Shown here: positions 1 through 6,831 of the stretch, one piece after another | How the letters are laid out: every line of letters begins with the position of its first letter | How positions within the stretch are numbered: position 1 is the stretch's first letter | Assembly: GCA_001179505.1 (NCBI GenBank) | Contig: CDMY01000996.1 | Span: forward strand, 1 to 6,831 | Direction: 5' to 3' | DNA length: 6,831 nucleotides | From: Vitrella brassicaformis CCMP3155 | Lineage: Eukaryota > Protista > Chromerida | Position numbers and translations under genes: made by a program | Notes under the pieces: model-generated | Told to the model about the DNA's origin: nothing | What the model saw: the letters and a program-made list of their open reading frames with translations, nothing else | The model's database searches: none

Positions 1-69
1 CACACATGCACTACACACACTGAGGGAGGGATAAAGAGACACAACACACACACCCGCCCAGATCCACCG

Positions 70-70
<1 letters not shown>

Positions 71-106
<36 letters not shown>
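71..106. repeat. Compound microsatellite (CT)11(GT)7
   Basis: Read directly. Similar CA, CT and GACA tracts occur near 645-665, 716-733, 2628-2641, 4433-4475, 4743-4762 and 4843-4861. Confidence 0.95.
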
Positions 107-107
<1 letters not shown>

Positions 108-115
108 GATATCAG

Positions 116-290
116 GGATTCTCGTGTGTACGAGCCGTTGCTGTCTCAGGAGTGGACGGACGAGAGCGGCCTGCTGCTCGACCTGTCCGTGTATGAGATG
201 GAGGACCCACTCGAGCTGGGCGACGCTTCGGAGGCCATGCAGGGCGAGGCCATGGACGAGGAGCACGGCGCCGACGAAGAGGAGGCATGA
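116..290 (+). CDS. Terminal exon of a gene entering from the left; acidic C-terminus (DSRVYEPLLSQEWTDESGLLLDLSVYEMEDPLELGDASEAMQGEAMDEEHGADEEEA*), function unknown
   Basis: Follows a CA/CT/GT-microsatellite intron-like stretch ending in ATCAG (AG at 114-115, phase 2). GC3-rich codons, stop TGA at 288-290. The MCVCV start in the ORF track is intronic (GT)n. Confidence 0.65.
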
Positions 291-876
291 CGGATGGAGG
301 CTTGAATGGATTGACACGTCGCTGTCAATGCATTGATGCATTCGACTATTCAGGGTTGGGTGACCGATTGTTGGATGTGTTCAGAATTCACTCTGGGTTC
401 AGAAGCGGCAGCCTGCCTCCATCCACCCAACGCATTGCAACAACACATGGGCCGGGAGAGCAGACCACCAGTGGACACATCGACTCGACACACACTCACA
501 CAACACACAACACACAAGACAGCACACACGCATATTAGGTCTGTACAGTGCCCTCCTTGCCACTTTCGGCCGGTCAGTCACCCTCCTGACTGACTGGCCT
601 ATCGCGGCCTTTCTCCCCACCTACCGGACACACTCCGGACGCGCACACACACACGCACACACACAGACACTTGCCACTTATGAATCCATGGGCAATGAAT
701 GCAGTTAAGACACATCGACAGACAGACAGACAGACGTGGATGAGATGGAGAGGCTAGCAGAGCACAAGTGATACAATGCATTGCAATGCATGAAGGCAAA
801 AGGCTGCCGGTCTCTACAGGGTAGAGCGGCCGGGCTGTCCAACCCCGCCCTGTCTGTCTCTGCCTTGCCTTGCCGT

Positions 877-1157
877 CCTGCCTGTCGAGTCGACCCAATT
901 GAGTCGACCCGCAGCCTCTCATCGTCCCTCCCTCCCTCCCTCCCTCACTCACTCACGTAAGTGTGTGTGTGCAAACATCTGACAGATGACTGGCACATCG
1001 GATGGGACACGCAAACGCAAAAAGGCACAGAGAGACGCGAGAGCTAGGTGATCTCAAAGTGAGCAGAAGTGCGGGCAAAAGGGCACATGACATGGAACCA
1101 GAAGTGCGGGCCTGCCTGCCCACTCCTGCCTGCCTGTCTAGTCGACCCGCAGCCTCT
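877..1157 (+). repeat. Intergenic direct repeat, one copy carrying an internal duplication
   Basis: 877-919 is CCTGCCTGTC-GAGTCGACCC-AATT-GAGTCGACCC-GCAGCCTCT; 1129-1157 is CCTGCCTGTC-TAGTCGACCC-GCAGCCTCT. Confidence 0.85.
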
Positions 1158-1586
1158 GGAGAGGGGTATTTTCCCACTGCTGAACTGTTGACACCTACTA
1201 CTTACATGACAACATACTACTTACATGGAGACACCCACACACACACCCACACACGCAGCCTGCTGCCTTTTGTGAGTCGCGGGATGATCTGGGACACAGC
1301 ATGCAGGGAGCGAATGCAGGTGTCATTCAGTGACAGAGGAGGTCATTGGTGGGCTGGCTGCATACGCTTTGTGCTGTTGTCGAGGTGAGACTTTGTGTAG
1401 ACCCGTGTGGGTGTGTTTGGGTGGCAGGCAGGTGTGAGTGATTGACTGCGAGCGACAACACATGAAATGTATTCATGATAGACACGTCAAAATCTGTCGC
1501 AAATACTCACATGGGATGTGCACATGGTGCGGGCGACATGTGACAATCTGTCTCTGTGTCGCTATGTGTCTGTCGGTCTCTCGATC

Positions 1587-1869
1587 TTACAGAGCCAGAG
1601 ATGACGCGGCGGCATCAGCAGCGGCAGCAGCACCTGCTGCCTCCCCCTCCCCCTCCTCCATCGCACGCCCTTTGTCAGCCAGCAAATCCTACAGTGAGTG
1701 GGGGGAACAGACACACAGACAGACAGACACATACATGCAGTTCTCTCCCTCTCCCTCTCCCTCTCTCTCTGCGTGTGTGTGTACATACCTTGACTCTGCC
1801 CAATTTGTCGCCGTGTCCTCCGCCGAGAAGGTACGGCTGCAGGTACTTGCGCTGCCGCAGCAGGATGCC
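1587..1869 (-). CDS. Two further coding-like exons, probably a C-terminal extension or alternative 3' end of the BRCT gene (GILLRQRKYLQPYLLGGGHGDKLGRVK | DLLADKGRAMEEGEGEAAGAAAAADAAASSLAL*)
   Basis: Exon 1869-1789 (81 nt) has acceptor TGCAG and donor GTATGT. A 100-nt microsatellite intron follows, then exon 1688-1587 after acceptor TGTAG, ending in TAA. Both are open in phase 0 with GC3-rich codons. The link to the upstream exons is unresolved (see findings). Confidence 0.6.
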
Positions 1870-1966
1870 CTGCATCATTCACCACACCACACCACACACA
1901 CACCGAGAACGCATGCCATACGAGAAACATGGAGAGACCAAAGTCCGCCCCGACCCTTCCACCCTC

Positions 1967-3415
1967 TCATCCCCTGAACTTGGCTTTGGGATCCTCCTCC
2001 TCGTCATCGTCGTCGTCATCGTCCTCATCCTGACAGTCGGCATCAATGAAGAATGGCATGCCGTCCCACGCCGTTCCACCCCATCTCACCTCGTCGTCCT
2101 CCTCCTCCTCCTCCTCCTCCTCATCGTCCTTGGCCGCTGCCGCTGCCGCCGCCGCCATCGCCTCGTCATCGTCATCGTCCTCATCCTCCTCGGCGACGAC
2201 CTTCTTGCGACCGCCACGACCACCACGACCCGGCCTTGCCCTTCCGAGCAGCCTTGCGGACAGGCGCACGCCGCGCTGAGCGGTGAGAATGACACGAGAA
2301 GATGGTGGTGGTGGTGGTGGTGTGACTGTGCTGTGGCACCTTTGGGCTTGGCTTTGCGCTTCTTGGCGGGCGGTGCCTTGGTGCCAGGGGGGCGGGGTTG
2401 CGGAGGGCCAGCGCCAGCACAAACTCAGACTGACGGACAGGTAGCCAGCCAGCACAGAGGCACGCGGGCGCACACACGTTCGTGTCGGAAGGCTAGATGT
2501 GGTTGTGTGCCTACCACTACGATGGGTATGTCGAGGTCCTCGGCCTCCTTCCACCGGGCCGTCTTGGACGAGGCACGGCTCGCGGCAACCAGATGGGTCA
2601 CAGAGGCGCCACACGTCTTCTCCCTGCGTGTGTGTGTGTGTGGGGGNNNNNNNNNNNNNNNNNNNNNNNNNNNNNNNNNNNNNNNNNNNNNNNNNNNNNN
2701 NNNNNNNNNNNNNNNNNNNNNNNNNNNNNNNNNNNNNNNNNNNNNNNNNNNNNNNNNNNNNNNNNNNNNNNNNNNNNNNNNNNNNNNNNNNNNNNNNNNN
2801 NNNNNNNNNNNNNNNNNNNNNNNNNNNNNNNNNNNNNNNNNNNNNNNNNNNNNNNNNNNNNNNNNNNNNNNNNNNNNNNNNNNNNNNNNNNNNNNNNNNN
2901 NNNNNNNNNNNNNNNNNNNNNNNNNNNNNNNNNNNNNNNNNNNNNNGGGGGGGGGGAGGAAACAACAGACATACCCACAGATGGAGGGGAAGAAACAACA
3001 GACATACCCACAGATGGATGGATGTGTGTGTGTGTGTGTTTTGGTGGGGGGCGGTGGGTGCTAAGGGTGCTTACTCTACTTCTCCGCCGTGTTGCTCGAC
3101 TTTTTCGATGAGGTGTGGCTTCTTGGGGTTGCTGAAGCTGCCGATGAAGCTGAACCGCATGCCGATCATCTCGCTACCCTCTGGCACCTCTGACAAATCC
3201 TACATACACACACCCACCCACAAGTGGGTGTGGACAGGTGGGGGTGTGGGTGTTACCTCATCCTCAGAATCGAATACGACGGCAGCTGCTGCTGCGGCGG
3301 CGGCGGCCGCTGGGGCTGGGGCTGGCTCGCCTGAGCGGCTGCGCTTCTTCTTGGATGGCTGATAGACAGATGTGAAAGGCTTTCCTTTGAGGCCTTTCTT
3401 CTTCTTTGGACCCAT
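1967..3415 (-). CDS. Multi-exon gene for a BRCT-domain protein (about 243 aa in the canonical-splice model) with basic NLS-like N-terminus, RGG segment and Asp/Glu-rich tail
   Basis: Exons 3415-3257, 3199-3075, 2623-2515, 2429-2340, 2275-2090 and 2029-1967. All introns are GT-AG with matching phases (0,2,0,0,0). Exons 2-4 spell MIGMRFSFIGSFSNPKKPHLIEKVEQHGGEVEEKTCGASVTHLVAASRASSKTARWKEAEDLDIPIVVSEFVLAL, which matches the BRCT pattern by eye (hydrophobic strand-G, GG-x-V, VTHLV, K..A...IPIV..F). N-terminus is MGPKKKKGLKGK...SKKKRSR. No catalytic domain is visible, so no gene symbol. Confidence 0.85.
2647..2946. other. Assembly gap (300 N) inside intron 2 of the BRCT gene
   Basis: Run of N flanked by G5 (2642-2646) and G10 (2947-2956). 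The round length suggests an estimated gap size. Confidence 0.98.
2959..3018. repeat. Intronic 33-bp-period tandem repeat, two visible copies
   Basis: GAAACAACAGACATACCCACAGATGGA (27 nt) is identical at 2959-2985 and 2992-3018. Confidence 0.9.
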
Positions 3416-3603
3416 GATGAAGGCTTAGAAGGCACAGAGAACGCCTTCTGAGCTCTTTATTGCTCCTATCCTGCAGCTGCTTGCTGTAAATGCATGCGTC
3501 ACGGGGGCGGGGGGCCTCTCCGTCTCGAGTTGAAGCTTTTGCACCATCGCTGCTGATAGATCTCATCCACACATATACGTACACATGACATGGCCGTCGA
3601 AAG
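3416..3603. promoter_or_regulatory. Upstream/5' region of the BRCT gene, possibly a bidirectional promoter
   Basis: 188 bp between the BRCT ATG (3415, -) and the tentative ATG at 3604 (+). Contains TGCATGCG at 3491-3498 next to a G-rich GGGGGCGGGGG box. Positional inference only. Confidence 0.3.
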
Positions 3604-4023
3604 ATGCTAACAACTCGATGGTTTGTGGGTCCCAGGCCACCATTCTCGGTGAGCGGACGCCTCACTCACTTCCCCACATGTGTAGCGTGGGGATTTGCGA
3701 GAAATACTTTCTGTGTGGACGTTCCTTATGCCCATCGGCACCAAATCGCAAACAACTCATCGGCTTCTTGGCCAATCGGCCTGAAACTCGGCATGTGAGG
3801 TCCTCTCACCAAGACGGAAATCTGTAGCGTAGGGATTTCCGAGATATGGTCTGTGTGTGGCTGGAGGGCCTCACGCCATACAAATATGCAACCGACGTGT
3901 ACAAGGTGGCCGTTGAACAGAGCCTCTCAGTTTGAAGTGAAGCTTCCCACTCCCTGTACGACACAGTGCAGGCAGAGTGTCTTTATTTATAGTGAATGGT
4001 TTTCGAGGCAGATCGCCAAGTGA
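3604..4023 (+). CDS. Tentative 3-exon gene for a 59-aa peptide (MLTTRWFVGPRPPFS|RRDFRDMVCVWLEGLTPYKYATDVYK|CRQSVFIYSEWFSRQIAK*), divergent from the BRCT gene
   Basis: Exons 3604-3648 (donor GTGAGC), 3828-3905 (acceptor TGTAG, donor GTGGCC) and 3967-4023 (acceptor CACAG, stop TGA), all phase 0. The second intron is 61 nt, like neighbouring introns. No recognisable homology; splice inference only. Confidence 0.35.
3681..3860 (+). repeat. Diverged direct repeat of 38 bp, spacing 142 bp
   Basis: 3681-3718 TGTAGCGTGGGGATTTGCGAGAAATACTTTCTGTGTGG vs 3823-3860 TGTAGCGTAGGGATTTCCGAGATATGGTCTGTGTGTGG; ungapped, 7 mismatches. Confidence 0.85.
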
Positions 4024-4885
4024 CTGCGTTTGGTTATCGATGGGTGGGTGGGTGCAGTGCGGCGGGTGAGTGGAAAGGTACACGCGGCTGCATGAGGTCT
4101 GATCATAGTGTATGTCAGGCTGCGCCGTGGAGTTGATCGACTAATGCGTTGTGCGTATAATGCACAGATGGCACTTAATCGAGTTAGTCTCCATTCATTC
4201 ACATCACACACCCACAAAGCTAAGCCTGACGCTCATCCATCGGAACATCGCTTCGTGCGCAACTGCAGATGAAGAGAAGGTGAGAGAGAGACACACACAG
4301 TAGGTGCAACAATCCACTGCACAGCACACATGATGTGTGTCTCGATGTAGTGGAGTCTCCTGCTTTGGTCTTTGTTTGTTTGTAGTTTGCTCTCCTCGCC
4401 GCCTGATTGAGGGACACACAAGCCCGTCGCTGAAGAGAGAGAGAGACACAGACAGACAGACAGACAGAGAGACAGAGGGCGTGCAGTGCGGATGGGATGG
4501 GTGTGTGTGTCTGTGCGTGGGTTGTGGGACGGAGCGGTGCAGCCTACCTGTGTGTGCGTCGAGGCGGCAGGTTTTACGCGCCCTTTGCGGGTACTCTTAA
4601 TAAAGCAGGCTGTGTGCAGAAGGGAGATCGATGTCATTGATACAGTTTGACGGATGGACTGACTCATGCAGTAGTTGTCATGAGTATAACCAACCGCACA
4701 CACATTTAGTCATGTGCATGAGCAGTCTTGATCACTTCACAACACACACACACACACACACACGCAGGCATACGCTGTTCATGGAATATACACAGTAGAC
4801 GTCACATGACGGGACTGCACATCGCATGCTTGCATGTCTGCCCTCTCTCTCTCTCTCTCTCCCCTGCTCAAAAACGACGACGGCA

Positions 4886-6077
4886 CTATCTGCCCTCGTT
4901 CTCCTGCCGCCACACCTTGCCCCCCAGCTGATCCCCCAGCACTTCCATCACCACAGTGCGCGTCTGATTGTGGGGGGCCGACTCGGTCGTGCTGACAATA
5001 ACACACCGGTCATCCCCTCGACCCATATCTCTCACCAGCCGAATGACTGCCATGTGCCCCTCGCTCATCGCCTCACTGCCCAGCATCACCAGCCGGCGAT
5101 GCCATCTGTCGTCCCGCTTTTCGTCGAATACGGCCGCCTCCGCCCCCCACTGCGCCGCATCGGTGGGAGAGGCCGCCAGCAGCTCACCCACACGGAGGTA
5201 CGCGGCAGAAGCACAACGGAAAAAGCAGCAGTAGTTGACACGACGGAAATAGCAGCAGTATTTGACGCGAATCATGGGGTGGCCGTTAGGAAGCCAGCAA
5301 AACACTATGAAACCCACCATGCACGAGTAGTTGGGGTACGTGTAGTCGGCCAGCTCTGTCGGCGGGTCGGCGGGGTCGAATGGGGCATGAAGAAAGAGGG
5401 GGCTGGCAGAGGCAAGGAGAGAGGGGAGGCAACGGCCGGGGTAGAGGCAAAGGATGCCGTTGCCGTCCATCAGGGGTCTCTGTTGGTAACCAACAGTGAC
5501 CCCGCAGCTGAGTATCTTCCACTGGCGGACCGCCTCCGTCTCACTCATGAAGGCCGCCCGGCTGCCGAAGACGCCGAAGTTGTCATCCGCCAGCACCAGT
5601 GGCCTCTTGCCTCTCAGCAGATACAGCATCTCCAGCACTGGTTTCCATCTGGCCCAATCGCCGCCCCTCTCGAGCATGAACAACCGGCGGCTGAGCTGTT
5701 CGATGAGGGCCCTGGTCAGGGCCACCGTGACGGCCGCCCCCTGAGTGAGCTGAGGGATGGGCACCTCCACCAGCGCGCCAAAGATGGCGGCCACGACGAC
5801 GGACAGCCGCCGCTGGAGGATGGGCAGCAGGACGGCGGGAGTGAATTGGGTGGTGTGAGCGTCGATAAGGGCCTCCAGCTGTGAGTAGCTCATGACGTAC
5901 TCGGCGACTGTCGTTGCGAGGTGTTGCGGCACATCAGCGGCAGGGACAGTGGCTGATGCGTCAGACGATGTCTGCAACTAACATCAACAACGACAGTCAT
6001 CGGCGGGTGCTGCTTTCTTTCTCTACTTGCCTCACCGTGAATAAGCCCTTTAGCCACCGCCATACATTGGTTAACAT
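4886..6077 (-). CDS. Two-exon gene, 375-aa protein of unknown function
   Basis: Exon 1 is 6077-6036 (MLTNVWRWLKGLFT), followed by a 64-nt intron 6035-5972 (GTGAGG...TTGCAG, phase 0) and exon 2, 5971-4886 (1086 nt, stop TAG). The ORF track's start at 5977 is a TTG inside the acceptor. Motifs RQWKILSCGVTV and PFDPADPP remind me of a lineage-expanded Vitrella hypothetical family (recollection, unverified). Confidence 0.8.
5216..5269 (-). repeat. In-frame 27-bp tandem duplication in the 375-aa gene
   Basis: ACGGAAAAAGCAGCAGTAGTTGACACG / ACGGAAATAGCAGCAGTATTTGACGCG, 24/27 identical; encodes RVKYCCYFR-RVNYCCFFR on the - strand. Confidence 0.9.
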
Positions 6078-6551
6078 GCTGGCGGAAGAGGCCCTTAGTG
6101 ACTCACAGATCTGCCACAAAGATACAGAGGAACCACACAGGCCGTCATTGCCTATGTCATCAGGCTCTCCCGGTTGCCCTCCCTCACCTCAATGCGTCAG
6201 ATCAGCGTCGGTCAGACAGATGACGGCAGCATCTGAGGTGATCGATGTCATCACAGCAGCTCCTTGGGCATCTCCCAGACACTCGACAACGCCACTGTGT
6301 CCAACGGGGGGGGGAGAAAGGGGAGGAGAGGAAGGGACGCAAGCCGAGCTCGCAGATGGATCGCCTCTCCGATTTGACGCGTTTAAAGCTCTCAAGCCAC
6401 TCGGTGAGGGTAGGGTGACAGTCAGAGAGGCAGGTGAAGCCATCGTGTGAGATTTATGTGGTGGATCCAAGGCGCTCTCTGACTGCAATCAACCAACGAT
6501 AATGAATGCAATTAATGCATCAGTCAGTCCGGCGCAGGCAGGGTCCGTCCA

Positions 6552-6831
6552 TCATGTCAGGATTGCCAGCTTGGCAAGACGAACCACTGCGAGCTTGTGA
6601 GCTAGGGTAGATTGCTGTGTAGCGGAGAGAGAGAGGAGAAGACAAAGAAAGACAAGGAAAGCATTCTGAGGAGACACGATCTTATCAGCCATCACCGAAG
6701 TGAGATCTGTGTTGACCACCCTTCATGATGCCATACATGGACAGAGACAACTTTGACTGATTGGCCAGTCCATCGGTCTTATTAAAGTAAAAGCACTCTT
6801 ACTCTGGGACTTACCGCGCAGCAGATCCTCT
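6552..6831 (-). CDS. Possible 3' exons of a gene entering from the right edge
   Basis: Strong donor GTAAGT at 6814, a 58-nt intron to CAG at 6757, and a long pyrimidine tract with acceptor ACAG ending at 6615. One consistent path is EDLLR|VKVVSVH|QSTLAHKLAVVRLAKLAILT*, but the frame and middle donor are ambiguous. Confidence 0.25.

Noticed and set aside
287-1388. Short ORFs in both directions between gene 1 and the BRCT gene
   Set aside because: Dominated by translated CA/GT/GACA microsatellites (HTHT, CVCV), with no coherent exon chain.
2523-3010. 10-bp complementarity between exon 3 (TGGGTATGTC) and the intronic repeat (GACATACCCA)
   Set aside because: Too short to separate from chance in 6.8 kb.
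1556-3362. Long ORFs spanning the gap (502, 343, 287, 204 and 137 aa)
   Set aside because: They are inflated by 300 N and run through microsatellite introns; the + strand ones are antisense to the BRCT exons.
3731-3796. Three ATCGGC motifs and CCAATCGGCCTGAAACTCGGCA, loosely like internal motifs of Helentron/DINE-type elements
   Set aside because: The resemblance is from memory and loose; I found no termini, subterminal inverted repeats or 3' hairpin-CTRR end.
2959-3860. Repeats considered as CRISPR-like arrays
   Set aside because: Only two copies each, no regular unique spacers, no cas genes, and a eukaryotic intron context.
4052-4491. GTGCAGTGCGG twice, plus possible extra + strand exons at 4225-4279 and AATAAA at 4599-4604
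   Set aside because: An 11-bp match in TGCA-rich DNA; the exon has a weak AAG acceptor and equally good - strand splice signals overlap it.
4826-5884. 352-aa + strand ORF antisense to the 375-aa gene
   Set aside because: It starts in a (CT)n tract and is the expected stop-poor shadow of GC-rich coding sequence; the splice and start evidence favours the - strand.
6076-6450. + strand ORF sharing a CATG with the - strand start and containing FKALKPLGEG, reminiscent of a kinase Gly-loop
   Set aside because: No downstream GxGxxGxV completion, VAIK or HRD motif could be spliced in; the rest is Ser/Pro-rich and non-descript.
6537-6596. Possible + strand exon RVRPSCQDCQLGKTNHCEL, zinc-finger-like
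   Set aside because: Only three Cys, it needs a 26-nt following intron, and it conflicts with stronger - strand splice signals.

Overview
Eukaryotic genomic DNA: GC-rich short exons, 57-100 nt GT-AG introns packed with CA/CT/GACA microsatellites, and a 300-N scaffold gap at 2647-2946. The style resembles a chromerid alveolate such as Vitrella brassicaformis (my impression, not verified). Most ORF-track entries are artefacts of introns, antisense shadows or the N-gap. Hand splicing gives: (1) the last exon of a + strand gene (116-290); (2) a - strand multi-exon gene (ATG 3415) for a roughly 243-302 aa basic/acidic, probably nuclear protein with one BRCT domain; (3) a tentative divergent 3-exon + strand gene for a 59-aa peptide (3604-4023) whose first intron holds a diverged copy of exon 2; (4) a 2-exon - strand gene for a 375-aa protein of unknown function (6077-4886); (5) possibly the 3' end of another - strand gene at the right edge. 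I saw no rRNA, tRNA, CRISPR array or intact mobile element. I cannot demonstrate a new biological system. The best leads are the apparently compensating frameshift pair and the missing splice donor in the BRCT gene, and the duplicated exon with hairpin-enclosed splice acceptors.
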